Below, piece by piece: positions 40,222-51,001 of a stretch of 64,000 nucleotides of DNA. The stretch spans positions 34,072 through 98,071 of the forward strand of contig JABIGF010000001.1 in assembly GCA_018650285.1 (NCBI GenBank). The letters run 5' to 3'. This stretch comes from Methanobacteriota archaeon (GTDB lineage Archaea; Thermoplasmatota; Poseidoniia; Poseidoniales; Thalassarchaeaceae). Numbering within the stretch: the stretch's first letter is position 1; each line of letters begins with the position of its first letter. The translations under genes and the position numbers were made by a program. Below the pieces are notes generated by a model, which saw only the letters and a program-made list of their open reading frames with translations, had not been told where the DNA came from and ran no database searches.

Positions 40222-41406
40222 ATGACGGATGCGGCGAGTAGCGAAGAAGGCCTTAGCTCGGAGCAATTATCTAGTGAAGATATTAGTTGGAACGCGGTTG
40301 TTGAATTACTCAATCCAGCAAAGACAAAACTATCAATAATGCTTATTTTCGTACCTTTAGCAATATATTTTGGTAGTGTAGGCCATAATACTCCCTTGGC
40401 ATTCGCGACATCAATAGCAGCAATTATGCCGCTGGCATACCTTATGGGTGAAGCAACTGAACAAATTGCTTTGAAAACAAATGAGTCAATAGGTGGATTA
40501 TTGAATGCAACTTTTGGTAATGCTGCTGAAATGATAATTGCAATTTTTGGTGTTTTGGCAGCGGCAACAGCGATTAAAGAAGGAGATTCACAAACTGCTG
40601 AGACAATGATAAATGTCGTTCAAGCATCACTTATTGGTTCAATTCTGGGTAATCTTCTCCTAGTTCTAGGGATTGCTTTTGTTTGGGGGGGTATTCATCA
40701 CAAAGTACAGAAATTTTCTCGCACTCAGGTTGGAGCTAATGGTTCACTTCTTTTCTTGGCAGTAATTGCTCTTATTCTCCCTTCAATGTTTGAGTTTTCT
40801 AGAAATGATAGTCAAGAAGCGGTGACTACACTTTCCCATCTCACAGCAGTTGTTTTGTTGGCTGTATATGGGCTATTCTTGTTATTTCAATTACGTACTC
40901 ATAATGACCTTTTTGCCACTGATGTTCATCATGGAAGTGAGGACGCTGTTATGGGTAAAAAACAGGCGTTGACATTACTGATTGGCTCAACAATAATGGT
41001 TGCTTGGATGGCGGAAATAATGGTTCATTCAATTGAGTCTGCCGCGGACGAATGGGGATTACCAACTCTGTTTATCGGTATCATATTGTTACCATTATTT
41101 GGCAATGCGGCAGAGCATTTCACCGCGGTGAATGTGGCTCGCAAAAATAAGATGGACTTGGCATTTTCAATTGCAGTTGGCTCAAGTACTCAAATCGCAG
41201 TATTTGTCGCTCCAGCAGTAGTTCTTTTTGCATGGTGCTTAGGAGTTCCACTAACTTTCCAATTTGGTTTATTTGAGACGATTGCAGTATTTTTGGCAGT
41301 ACTCATCACCAATACAATTGCTTCAGATGGAAAGTCAAATTGGTTGGAAGGGGCACTATTGCTTGCCACGTATATTGTATTAGCAATGGCTTTCTTTTTC
41401 TATTAA
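40222..41406 (+). CDS. cax: Ca2+/H+ antiporter (CaCA, CAX type)
   Basis: GLLNATFGNAAE, GSILGNLLLVLG, GNAAEH, GSSTQIA, SNWLEG. Confidence 0.92.
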   Translation: MTDAASSEEGLSSEQLSSEDISWNAVVELLNPAKTKLSIMLIFVPLAIYFGSVGHNTPLAFATSIAAIMPLAYLMGEATEQIALKTNESIGGLLNATFGNAAEMIIAIFGVLAAATAIKEGDSQTAETMINVVQASLIGSILGNLLLVLGIAFVWGGIHHKVQKFSRTQVGANGSLLFLAVIALILPSMFEFSRNDSQEAVTTLSHLTAVVLLAVYGLFLLFQLRTHNDLFATDVHHGSEDAVMGKKQALTLLIGSTIMVAWMAEIMVHSIESAADEWGLPTLFIGIILLPLFGNAAEHFTAVNVARKNKMDLAFSIAVGSSTQIAVFVAPAVVLFAWCLGVPLTFQFGLFETIAVFLAVLITNTIASDGKSNWLEGALLLATYIVLAMAFFFY

Positions 41407-41408
41407 TT

Positions 41409-42401
41409 TCAGAGAGATTCAAGCAGTGCTGAAGTGCAACCCATTGGGGCTATTAGAGGATTACAGCGTACAGGCCCATCAGGTATCCAGATAGCGTAAT
41501 CGATTGTTTCATCGTTACCTGGGAAATCTGTAGATATCATGTGAGCGCCACTTGTGAGTGCTGCTTCAAACCGAGTGTAATTTCCTTCCTCTGCTTCTAC
41601 GGTATCTGAATCAGGTCTTGTGCGGACAATGAATCCACTTTCAACCGCGTTTTTCAGTACATCTTGTTTGGAGATGGGTTGAGTCCAAGAGATTAATGCA
41701 GCCGCAGGGTGTTCTTGGTCAACAATTGCAAACATTGTGGCATTAATGAGTCCATCATGGCGTTCTAGGTAGGCGTCGCGAATCCCATCTTTATCAATTA
41801 GAGCGAAGGCTGCTTTACCTCTTACATCATCTAATAATGGCCATCCATTCTCTGTTACAGCACGGCGCAGAGTAGCCCTCTCGCCTCTTACATCATCAGG
41901 TTCAACTCGTCGCTCTTGCGGCCAAACAGAATCAATATCAGATTCAATTTCAGCAAACAGGTCAATACCATCAACAATCCAATCCAAGTCTTTTGGTTCA
42001 ATCAGGATCCATAGTGGGATGTGAGATGGGTTTTCATCAGACCAGTTTTTCAAATCATTTAGACAGTCGGTGAATGCTACACAAGTGGTGCGTGAATCGT
42101 ATAGGTTGTGATATACTCTCAATCCAACCCCTGGGATATACCACACATCAAGTTCAAATTGCCTTACACCAAACTGTTCGGCTTGTTCAGCGAGGGGGGC
42201 GTGAGTGTAATTGTAATTTGAGAGATAGTCGCTCCCAAGTGGTCGCATGTGATACGAATTGTGACTACCCTTGGCTTGCACATGATTCATACGAAGTTCA
42301 GGAAGAGGCTCTTCTTTGACATCATCTTCTGAAAAGAGACAACCTGAAAATGAGGTAATGAGTATGATGCTGGCGAGGAGCAAGGCTGACAGCGTTCGCA
42401 T
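41409..42401 (-). CDS. Ca2+-dependent phosphoinositide phospholipase C-like lipoprotein
   Basis: Lipobox FSGC; GSHNSYH, GVRQFELDV, IEPKD, VRTRPD, ISTDFP. Confidence 0.85.
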   Translation of the reverse strand: MRTLSALLLASIILITSFSGCLFSEDDVKEEPLPELRMNHVQAKGSHNSYHMRPLGSDYLSNYNYTHAPLAEQAEQFGVRQFELDVWYIPGVGLRVYHNLYDSRTTCVAFTDCLNDLKNWSDENPSHIPLWILIEPKDLDWIVDGIDLFAEIESDIDSVWPQERRVEPDDVRGERATLRRAVTENGWPLLDDVRGKAAFALIDKDGIRDAYLERHDGLINATMFAIVDQEHPAAALISWTQPISKQDVLKNAVESGFIVRTRPDSDTVEAEEGNYTRFEAALTSGAHMISTDFPGNDETIDYAIWIPDGPVRCNPLIAPMGCTSALLESL

Positions 42402-42477
42402 CTAGACCGAAAGGGGTGTATGTCTTGAATCAGACGCTATTGAAAGTATAGTGAAGCAATATTGTTTGATGCCTTTC

Positions 42478-43773
42478 TTACCCTTGTGGCGGGTCAATTC
42501 CGTCGTAATATTCTGCAACAGCCTCTTCAAGTTTGAGAGCAATTTGTTGTTCATCAAGGGTTTTGGTGGTGCCATTTTGGCGAATAATGTTACCATCTAC
42601 AATGACATCAAGACAGTCGCTATTGGAGTAGAGTAAATTGGCAAGTAGTCGGCGATTTTTGATGCCGCGGGGTCGCATGCGGATATCGTTTAGATTCCAT
42701 GCGACCCAATCGTTGGAATCTTTTGTTGCAAGTTTCCAAGCCTCCTTTGGAGGCAAAATGGTAGAATCCCAGTGGTCATGACGCTGAATTAGTGAGGCGG
42801 CTTTTGCTTCTGCCCTCATATCAAGCGAGTTGTTTGATGCGGCACCATCGGTTCCAAGTCTAACATCAACTCCCGCTTCTATCATTGCTGGATATGAAAG
42901 AGTTCCACCAGTTGCTAATTTTTGATTACTAACGGGGCAGTGAACCGCGTGAGCACCGTGAGATGCAAGAATTCTCATTTCCCGTTTGGTTACCCAGCCG
43001 CAGTGGGCGCAAACAGTTCGGTCTGTGAAATAATCTAGAGAATCAAGGTATTCTATTGGATACATCCCATGCTTTTCGTGGCATTGGGCAACTTCTGCTC
43101 GTGTTTCCGATGTGTGAATATGTAGTAACGCCTCATATTTTCGGCTCATTTCACTAGCTCTTCGCAGTACTTCTTCAGAGCAGGTGTAAACAGCGTGTGT
43201 TGCAATCCCATATTCAACGCGTCCCTCAGCAAGCGTTCCTCCACGAATTAAATTCTCAAGTTCGTTGAGAACTCGAGTGTCCTCATTTTCAGCATCATGT
43301 TCAGGGGGGGGCCAAGCGGTTGTTGGACCACAAACAATACCGCGAATTCCAGCATCGGCTAACACAGGTGCAATGGATGCAGGATAATGATACATATCAC
43401 AAGCAAATGTAGTACCAGATGAGATCAACTCAGCGACGCCTGCAAGTGTACCAGTCTTGACAAAGTCTGTAGTGACTCTAGTTTCAGTGGGGAAGATATT
43501 CTTCTCTAACCAATCCCCTAGTGTGAGCCCTTCACCCATTCCTCGGTTTAGCACCATAGGTAGGTGAGTGTGCCAATTTTGTAGAGAGCGCGTAATTACT
43601 CGATTACTTCCATCAATTGTGGTTTGTACATCTTCGTCGCCGTTTGAAGCAGTCCAAGAGCCATCTCGATGTAGAATGAAATCGCCTGAGTGCAATTTGC
43701 ATTCATCATCAATAATATGACTTGATGTGTAGCGGGTTGAGCCGCTAGAATCGTCTCCCGAACCACCAGTCAT
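42478..43773 (-). CDS. Amidohydrolase, MTA/SAH deaminase-like
   Basis: NWHTH, HAVYT, HIHTSET, AHCGW, HCPVSN, LGTDGAASNN. Confidence 0.85.
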   Translation of the reverse strand: MTGGSGDDSSGSTRYTSSHIIDDECKLHSGDFILHRDGSWTASNGDEDVQTTIDGSNRVITRSLQNWHTHLPMVLNRGMGEGLTLGDWLEKNIFPTETRVTTDFVKTGTLAGVAELISSGTTFACDMYHYPASIAPVLADAGIRGIVCGPTTAWPPPEHDAENEDTRVLNELENLIRGGTLAEGRVEYGIATHAVYTCSEEVLRRASEMSRKYEALLHIHTSETRAEVAQCHEKHGMYPIEYLDSLDYFTDRTVCAHCGWVTKREMRILASHGAHAVHCPVSNQKLATGGTLSYPAMIEAGVDVRLGTDGAASNNSLDMRAEAKAASLIQRHDHWDSTILPPKEAWKLATKDSNDWVAWNLNDIRMRPRGIKNRRLLANLLYSNSDCLDVIVDGNIIRQNGTTKTLDEQQIALKLEEAVAEYYDGIDPPQG

Positions 43774-43864
43774 AGCCTTCGCCTGTAATCTGCTGTATTG
43801 ACATTTGACATCATGGTTTTGATGGCGGGGTTGAAGTGAGTCGGCGTTTTCCAACAGTTTGGAT

Positions 43865-44836
43865 ATGTCTGAGGACCCATACCGGACTCTGGGCGTTTCG
43901 CCCGATGCGACAGATGCTGAAATCAAGCGCGCCTATCGCAAGTTAGCGCGTCAACACCATCCTGATAGAAACCCAGGAGATGCAGCGGCCGAAGGCCGTT
44001 TCAAAGAAATTCAAGGTGCTTATGATAAAATTGAAACACCGGATAAACGCAAGAAATTCGATGAACAAAAGCGTATGGCCAACATGTTCGGGGGTGGCCG
44101 TGGTGGTGATTTTGGCAATGCGGAATTCAATTTTGGCGGCGGTGGAATTGAAGATATTCTTGCCTCTTTCATGGGTAACCGCGGTGGCAATCCATTCAGT
44201 GGTGGCAGCAGTGGGACAATTTTTGAGCAAGGAGGCCAACCTCGACGTGCTCAGAAAAGACCAGCCCAACCTCAAAAGGGCGCAGATATAGAGGCGCCAT
44301 TGGACCTAACTCTTGAGGAGGCACAATCTGGTGTTCAAAAGCCGTTCACAATTGGGCGGCGCAAGCGATGTGATAGTTGCAAAGGTAGGGGTTGTGGCAC
44401 ATGTGGTACTCAAGGCGTAGTTCGTAAAACTAGTCAAATCACCGTGAAAGTACCTCCCGGGGCTGAACACGCTTCGGTAATGAGGCTCAAAGGAATGGGG
44501 CATGAATCAGTAAATGGATTAGCAGGTGATTTACTATTGACTGTTAGAATAGACGCTGATGAAGGCAGGCATTGGGAAGGCGGCCGCCTGATTCAGACTG
44601 TTGAGATTTCATACAGCACGATGATGCTTGGAGGTAAGGTGAGAATCCATACTCCCGCCGGAAAAATTGTTGAAGTTGAAGTCCCCCCAAATTCTCGTTC
44701 TGGTGACCGCCGTCGACTAAGAGGTCAAGGATACAACGGTGGTCCTTTAGATGTTGAACTAGAATTGCAGGAATCAGGTGATTTGACAGCAGAGCAGCAA
44801 GCCGCTTTGAACGCGTTGCGTGATAGCGGACTTTGA
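43865..44836 (+). CDS. dnaJ: DnaJ-family chaperone with reduced zinc finger
   Basis: J domain HPD; G/F-rich region; CDSCKGRGCGTCG; DnaJ C-terminal domain. Confidence 0.85.
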   Translation: MSEDPYRTLGVSPDATDAEIKRAYRKLARQHHPDRNPGDAAAEGRFKEIQGAYDKIETPDKRKKFDEQKRMANMFGGGRGGDFGNAEFNFGGGGIEDILASFMGNRGGNPFSGGSSGTIFEQGGQPRRAQKRPAQPQKGADIEAPLDLTLEEAQSGVQKPFTIGRRKRCDSCKGRGCGTCGTQGVVRKTSQITVKVPPGAEHASVMRLKGMGHESVNGLAGDLLLTVRIDADEGRHWEGGRLIQTVEISYSTMMLGGKVRIHTPAGKIVEVEVPPNSRSGDRRRLRGQGYNGGPLDVELELQESGDLTAEQQAALNALRDSGL

Positions 44837-44840
44837 TTTC

Positions 44841-45539
44841 TTAGTTTCCTTTAGGCCAGAATGGGATTAGGTTTGAAGCCAGGCTTCCGAGATTACGAGT
44901 CTGAATCCATACAGTCCCTTCACCAGAGAAGTGCATGACTAATCCTTCACCACCAAAGGCTAGTGACTTCATTCCTCCAACCTTTCCGACATTATACTGA
45001 ACGCCGTTAGTGAAAGCAACTACGTGGCCTGTGTCAACAGTGATGGTTTGTCCCTGCTGAATCTGCATCGCTTTGACAGCCCCATACGAATTGTAGTAGA
45101 CTCGACCAGCATTTGCTTGAGTTGTAGCATGAATGAAGAACATGCTTTCGCCACTAAAAAGACCCTTCATTCCTTGGAATTTTGTGTCAGTTTCAACATT
45201 TGTTGTGCACGCAAGGAATGAACCACCTTGTATGAATAAAGGTTGATTTGGTTGTATATCAAACCACGCAATGTCTCCAGGAAGTCCCGGTGCTAGGCTA
45301 ACCCAACCACCACTCGGGTCTGCTGTGAATGTGTTTAGGAAGAATGATTCTCCGCCGACCGCAGCTTTCATGATTCCCTTGAAGAATCCACCTACGCCTC
45401 CGCCACCACTTCCCTTTGTTTGCATTTGTACTCCTGCTTGGGCCACCATGGCTCCAGGTTCTGCTTTGATTGCCTCACCCGGATCAAGACTGATAGTCAG
45501 CATTGAAAAGCTCGGGTTGAATTCTAATTGTTCTTGCAT
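44841..45539 (-). CDS. AIM24/TIGR00266 family protein
   Basis: AEPGAMV, GESFFLNTF, VDTGHVVAF, GGEGLV, VWIQTR. Confidence 0.9.
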   Translation of the reverse strand: MQEQLEFNPSFSMLTISLDPGEAIKAEPGAMVAQAGVQMQTKGSGGGGVGGFFKGIMKAAVGGESFFLNTFTADPSGGWVSLAPGLPGDIAWFDIQPNQPLFIQGGSFLACTTNVETDTKFQGMKGLFSGESMFFIHATTQANAGRVYYNSYGAVKAMQIQQGQTITVDTGHVVAFTNGVQYNVGKVGGMKSLAFGGEGLVMHFSGEGTVWIQTRNLGSLASNLIPFWPKGN

Positions 45540-45701
45540 AGTGCTGGGAAATAGCAATTTGTTTTGATTCTTTGCTAATCAAAATAAGTTCAAGATTATT
45601 CTATACTTGATTTTTATTCATCGGATGGATTCTTGAAGGGAGAGCGAGTCGGAGGTTTGCAATCGGCCGGTTTCCCCGTTCGGTGGCATTGGGGCCGTCC
45701 C

Positions 45702-47174
45702 ATGTCTAAAGATGAGAATAACGAAGAAGAGGATTGGAGCAAATTTGCTTCGGCCGGTTACGAAAGTGCTTATGACCCATGGGCCGACCTAGTTCCCCAA
45801 GAAGAGTCCGAAGAATTTCTAGATGATGATATTGATTTTGAAGACTTCTCCTCTATTCGCCCACCACCCGCTGAAGAAGGTTTAGATTATCTTGTGAAAA
45901 TGGGTACTTGTAACCATTGCATGGCACGTTTATCAGGTAAATCATTCAATTGGGAAAGTGCTGAAGAAGTTGGTATTTCAATACGTATATCTTGTGAAGA
46001 AAGGGGGGTAATGAAAGATGATGATATTGAGTATTGTCCTTATTGTGAAGACCTTTTTGTTGACCTTGATATTCTAGTTGAAGTGATGAAAAATGAATTG
46101 GATGGCGTTGAATTCAAGAAGATGCAATTAGGTGCACATTTTGCCAAAGACCATGTTGCAAAAGAGGATGATTTGCGTACTCGCCACGGGGCTACCGGCA
46201 GTCAAGCATTGAAAGCAGCTTTCAACGATGCACTTGGATTCAAATTTAGCAAAGAAATGGGTGAGATTGAACTTGTCAAAGACCAGCCAGAAGTAATGGT
46301 ATTGATTGATACACTTACCTTTGATGTAACTGCAGATTTGCGTTCATTATATCTCTATGGCAGATATAGAAAATTAGAGCGAGGCATCCCACAAACCCGT
46401 TGGCCGTGCCGCGTATGTAAGGGTAGAGATGGAGGTTGTGAAACTTGTAATGAAACTGGTTTACAATACCCGACGAGTGTTCAAGATCAGATAGGTGAGC
46501 CACTTCGCGCCGCTTTCCAAGCAAAAAACACCGCATTTCATGGGATGGGACGAGAGGATATTGATGTTCGTTGCCTTGGTCGAGGTCGCCCGTTTGTAAT
46601 TGAGATGAAGTCACCAATTCGTAGGTATGCAGACCTTTCAGAATTAACGGAATTGGTTAATGCAACCTCTGCTGGGCGAGTTGAAATCAGTGAGTTGCGT
46701 GCATCACGTCGCTCTGAGGTTGCTAGAATTAAGGGGACAGCCGCAGAAAAATCATACACTATTCGTTTCAAATATGGCCCTGAACAACATTGCCCACCAG
46801 TCAAAATTGATGGTGAAGAAGAGAGTCAATCAGAAGATGTGGCAGAGGTAGTTCAAGAGAATCCACCTGAGTGGACAGCAGAACAAGTGACTGAATTGTG
46901 TATGTCTCTTGAAGGGGTGACATTAGCCCAACAGACGCCTCAAAGAGTAGCTCATCGTAGAGCAGATAAAGTGCGTGAGAGACAAGTAGTCAGCATTTCA
47001 GATATTGTTGTTGAAGGCGATGAAGTAGAGATGACAGTTCGTTGTGAAAGCGGCACTTACGTCAAAGAATTGGTTCATAGTGATGAAGGAAGAACAGTAC
47101 CAAGTGTGGCTGAAAAACTTGGATTAGTTTGTGAAGTCACATGGCTTGATGTCAATGATGTACATGCAGATTGA
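45702..47174 (+). CDS. pus10: tRNA pseudouridine(54/55) synthase Pus10
   Basis: GRYRKLERGIPQTRW, FHGMGREDIDV, GRPFVIE, QQTPQRV, GTYVKELVH. Confidence 0.95.
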   Translation: MSKDENNEEEDWSKFASAGYESAYDPWADLVPQEESEEFLDDDIDFEDFSSIRPPPAEEGLDYLVKMGTCNHCMARLSGKSFNWESAEEVGISIRISCEERGVMKDDDIEYCPYCEDLFVDLDILVEVMKNELDGVEFKKMQLGAHFAKDHVAKEDDLRTRHGATGSQALKAAFNDALGFKFSKEMGEIELVKDQPEVMVLIDTLTFDVTADLRSLYLYGRYRKLERGIPQTRWPCRVCKGRDGGCETCNETGLQYPTSVQDQIGEPLRAAFQAKNTAFHGMGREDIDVRCLGRGRPFVIEMKSPIRRYADLSELTELVNATSAGRVEISELRASRRSEVARIKGTAAEKSYTIRFKYGPEQHCPPVKIDGEEESQSEDVAEVVQENPPEWTAEQVTELCMSLEGVTLAQQTPQRVAHRRADKVRERQVVSISDIVVEGDEVEMTVRCESGTYVKELVHSDEGRTVPSVAEKLGLVCEVTWLDVNDVHAD

Positions 47175-47183
47175 ATCTGAATA

Positions 47184-47507
47184 TTATTCATCAGCACAAG
47201 ATTTTGCTATTGAATGAAGAAGGTCAAAGCCAAATATTCCACTATTACAACCACTTCCATCCCACTTGAATTGAAGTCCGAAATGTCCTGATTTTTCGAT
47301 TGATGGCTTTTCATTTCTTTGAAGTTGAACTTCTGCTTCAAATTCTGTTAAACGTCCTTCAGTATCTCGGCGTGGGTCACAATTTGCACAAGGACAGCGT
47401 AGCCTTAGTGTGATGTAATCAACAATATATTCAGTATCATCCGCATAGCGAAGAATCATGTCAGTTTCTCTTCTTTCTAATTCTTTGAGCGAGGGGAGAC
47501 TAGTCAT
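47184..47507 (-). CDS. DUF971 / gamma-butyrobetaine hydroxylase N-terminal-like protein
   Basis: LRLRCPCANC; G.FGLQFKWD..C.SGIF. Confidence 0.8.
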   Translation of the reverse strand: MTSLPSLKELERRETDMILRYADDTEYIVDYITLRLRCPCANCDPRRDTEGRLTEFEAEVQLQRNEKPSIEKSGHFGLQFKWDGSGCNSGIFGFDLLHSIAKSCADE

Positions 47508-47508
47508 T

Positions 47509-50500
47509 TCAAACACCACCTGTGCGAGCCTCTGTGATAACACTACGATATGATATCGTGCCAAGCATTCCACAGGCAATAATTAGTGATGCAATTAGGG
47601 AAAAGAAAATCATTGCAGCGGAAAATGTGCCAAATAGAGAGAAGAATCCCATTGGTGAGAAAGAAATCACTAGGAATCCAAGAATATCAGATGCGGCTGA
47701 ACCAATCAAAGCGACTCCAGATGCGCCACCTACAGCAATGATACTTGTCAGAACAGTTTGGCGTTTTTCACGCTCTTCACGGAATCGTTCAATCACGTGA
47801 ATCACATAGTCGATTCCAACTCCAAGTGAAAGTGTTGCAATTGCTACAGTCACCATGTTTAATCCATAACCAAGTGTGGCAATTAATCCGTATAACCAAA
47901 TCACCACAAGCAATATTGGCGCAGTTGTAAGAAGTGACATGGCGAGTGAATCACCACCCCAAGCAAATGTTCCATATGCAGCGATGACGGCTATAGCCAA
48001 GGCAATTGTTGGCGATGCGATGAGCCCAGTTGTAACCCAAGCGATCATTCCTACTGCGAGTGGTGCGTAGAATAGTGAGAGGAATGACCAAGCAGAACCA
48101 CTTTCTAAATTGTGTGCAATCCGTTTTTTATTATCTTCACTAGTTGGCCTAAAGCCCCACCACAAAGTGATGATGCAGAAAAATACGCCAAGGGTTAGTG
48201 TTGCCTGCATTTCATTTTGCAAAGATGAGGCAGCGACATAGCGTGCCACAGGTGAACCAGTGGCTATTACCCATGTTACTGGATATTCTTCATTGGTGAA
48301 AGCGGATTCTAAGTCACCTTGTGTTTTCATATCGCCTTCCGTGAGATTTGCAAATGGCGACATATCGCGATAGAGTTCAGCAAGAGCTTGCTCTACAATA
48401 GGGAATTGTTCTGGCTGGCGCAATCCAAATCTGAGTAACATTCTCTCGTAACGAGGCGTGCTCCCATCTAAGGCAAGCATTGGATTTTGTGGGTCTAATG
48501 GCCTATCAGGAGCGATGTACAGAGCCATAATTGATGGTGGCAATTGAGGAGTTGAATTTGTTGCTGGGATTCCATAAACTGAAATAAATCCGACGAGGAA
48601 TCTCAAACACTCTTCATCATTAGTCATTGGTAATCCAATGTTTGAACGGTCACAACCAACCCCTCCTTCTGAATCAGTTGGGTCCCAGCCAGCATTCATG
48701 AATGGGGTGACATTGTTAATCATAGCAAGCATGGCGAGATTAACGAAATCATCGTATCCGCTGATATCTACAGTCCCGTCAGCAATAACTGTGAATTTAT
48801 TGGGGTCATCAGGGCCATGAATATTCATATTGGCTCTTGTTTCAGCAATTGCCAAGTATACACGTGGATTTATCACATCGCCTTCAATTAGAATTTCACC
48901 AGGTTCACCCTCTGAATAAAATCGTTCATTGACAAGAGATACTACGGTGGCGAAGTCAGACTTTTCATCAAAGAAGTCTTCTGTTTTGAAGTCACCTTCA
49001 AGCCCCATCATCAATGGTGTTGCATAGGCTGAAAGAATAAGCGCGGCAATAATGACGATTGGCCCAGCAATGGATGAAGTCTTTGCGACATTAGCAAGCC
49101 AATGACTTGGAACAAGGTGTATTTTTTCATCATCTTCTTCTAGAAGTTTACCGCGTTTTTCAAGCCATAAGTCGATGTCTAATCTAACTAATGGCGCCCA
49201 TAATCCGGTGAGAATAAATGCTGAACCTACGCCAAGTGCAGCCTCAATTCCAAATGAGCGAAGAGCCGGAATATCAGAGACGAGATTTGCAGAAAAAGCA
49301 GCCATCGTAGTCATTGATGTGAGCATTATTGCTCGGCCAACTCTAGTAAGTGAAATAGAGGCAGACTCCATTGGGACTAGGCCATTTTTCCGCTCTTCTT
49401 TGTAGCGGTGTAATACGTGTAGGCTGTCGTCAATTCCCAGTGCAAGAATCAAAATAGGCAGCAAATTTGAGAATTGACTTCTCTCAATTAATGGGTGATT
49501 AAGCATTAGGCTACCTTGACCGACCCATCCAATTAATCCGTACATCCAAACGAGGCTTAGCCCTAGTCCAGCAGAGACAATACCAACATCGGACCAACGC
49601 CGAAGGCTAGCCCATAATAGAAATGTCACAATAATTGCCATTCCAGCAAGTAGAGATGCGCTCTCTTGCAGTTCACGATTAACTTCAATGTTAATTCCCT
49701 CTGCAACAGCAATTGTTAGTGTAAGGTCATCATATTCTCGCATTGAATGTTCAACAGAGATAATTGACCATTCCCAAGAACAAGGTCCATCGTCAGAAGC
49801 AATAGAATTTGTACAGAATTCTGAATCTCGGGATGGTGGCGTAGTCACTAGGTGTAATCCATCCCACTCGTATCCTTGCTCGGCGCGGGCTTTAGTCCAT
49901 TCAAAGGTCCACCCCGCCTCTTCAGCAGCACCGCGGTCAATCTGTATCATCAACCAAGTTGAACTAGCAGACCAGCGGCCACGTTCCCATGTTGCATTTT
50001 TCCAACTTCCATCTGGGGATAGTTCACCGTTGACAGGGCCAACAATACCATCATCAGATGCGTGAAAGCCTCTGTCAAGAGAAAGCCATCTTAGGAATCT
50101 ACCACTGCTTCCTTCCACAATTCTTTGAGCGGCTAAATCAATGTGTGCTTGAGTTAGCCCCTCATCATCAAAAGTAAGGCACTCAAGTTCACCACAATCG
50201 GTCCAATTTGTGCTTGGTGGTAATGGCACTCCGTATGGGCTAATTGATGATTGGGTAAGTAGTGATTCTTGCGCCATGAATGAGCGTATTTGGTCTGTAA
50301 GGGTGAGTACCCCATTATACTGAACTTTGGTGACATCTGAAACAATTGGCCGGTAAAATTCTGAAATCGGGTCGGCTCTAGCTGCTGCTGCTTTATCATC
50401 AATTTCATGCAAAACGCTGAGGTTTAGGATCCCTCCAACAGGTGTTTCAACACCATTATAGTCGCCGTTATATGGCGCGATTTCGTCGGCATAAATATTG

Positions 50501-50757
50501 CTTGGATTTTGACCAACTAGCGATTGGTCACGAATTATTATTGCAAAACCAGTGACGATTTCGTTGGCAGGATATTCATTTTCAATAACATCGAGAGCGT
50601 CAAGTTCTGGAGAGTCAAGATTGTATGATTCCATGTCTATTGGAGTGAGCGCCCACATCACCCCTGGTAGCATTAGAATGGTGACGAAAATTATCAAAAT
50701 GTGGAACTTTTTTCGGTGTGGTACTAGCACCTCTGAGACCCGAGTGAAATCACGCAT
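47509..50757 (-). CDS. MMPL/RND family transporter
   Basis: LALGIDDSLHVLHRY and LGVGIDYVIHVIERF repeats; two large extracellular loops. Confidence 0.9.
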   Translation of the reverse strand: MRDFTRVSEVLVPHRKKFHILIIFVTILMLPGVMWALTPIDMESYNLDSPELDALDVIENEYPANEIVTGFAIIIRDQSLVGQNPSNIYADEIAPYNGDYNGVETPVGGILNLSVLHEIDDKAAAARADPISEFYRPIVSDVTKVQYNGVLTLTDQIRSFMAQESLLTQSSISPYGVPLPPSTNWTDCGELECLTFDDEGLTQAHIDLAAQRIVEGSSGRFLRWLSLDRGFHASDDGIVGPVNGELSPDGSWKNATWERGRWSASSTWLMIQIDRGAAEEAGWTFEWTKARAEQGYEWDGLHLVTTPPSRDSEFCTNSIASDDGPCSWEWSIISVEHSMREYDDLTLTIAVAEGINIEVNRELQESASLLAGMAIIVTFLLWASLRRWSDVGIVSAGLGLSLVWMYGLIGWVGQGSLMLNHPLIERSQFSNLLPILILALGIDDSLHVLHRYKEERKNGLVPMESASISLTRVGRAIMLTSMTTMAAFSANLVSDIPALRSFGIEAALGVGSAFILTGLWAPLVRLDIDLWLEKRGKLLEEDDEKIHLVPSHWLANVAKTSSIAGPIVIIAALILSAYATPLMMGLEGDFKTEDFFDEKSDFATVVSLVNERFYSEGEPGEILIEGDVINPRVYLAIAETRANMNIHGPDDPNKFTVIADGTVDISGYDDFVNLAMLAMINNVTPFMNAGWDPTDSEGGVGCDRSNIGLPMTNDEECLRFLVGFISVYGIPATNSTPQLPPSIMALYIAPDRPLDPQNPMLALDGSTPRYERMLLRFGLRQPEQFPIVEQALAELYRDMSPFANLTEGDMKTQGDLESAFTNEEYPVTWVIATGSPVARYVAASSLQNEMQATLTLGVFFCIITLWWGFRPTSEDNKKRIAHNLESGSAWSFLSLFYAPLAVGMIAWVTTGLIASPTIALAIAVIAAYGTFAWGGDSLAMSLLTTAPILLVVIWLYGLIATLGYGLNMVTVAIATLSLGVGIDYVIHVIERFREEREKRQTVLTSIIAVGGASGVALIGSAASDILGFLVISFSPMGFFSLFGTFSAAMIFFSLIASLIIACGMLGTISYRSVITEARTGGV

Positions 50758-51001
50758 GTTCTCTTCCTCAAACCGCTTGGGCGGGGGTCCCCGTTTTCAA
50801 TCAACGCCTCTATTGATTTCCGATAATTCTTGAATAGTGTTATTTCTATGAATGGGTAAATCTGAATTGGCATAATGTATTCATCAAAATGTTGTTTTTT
50901 TGCTCTATTCAGTGGATAAAAAACATTGGAAGAATCCGACGCGCTTAATTAGGGGCGGTAGGTCGCCGAGTTCCCCATAGGGGAACAATGGAGGCATAGC
51001 A

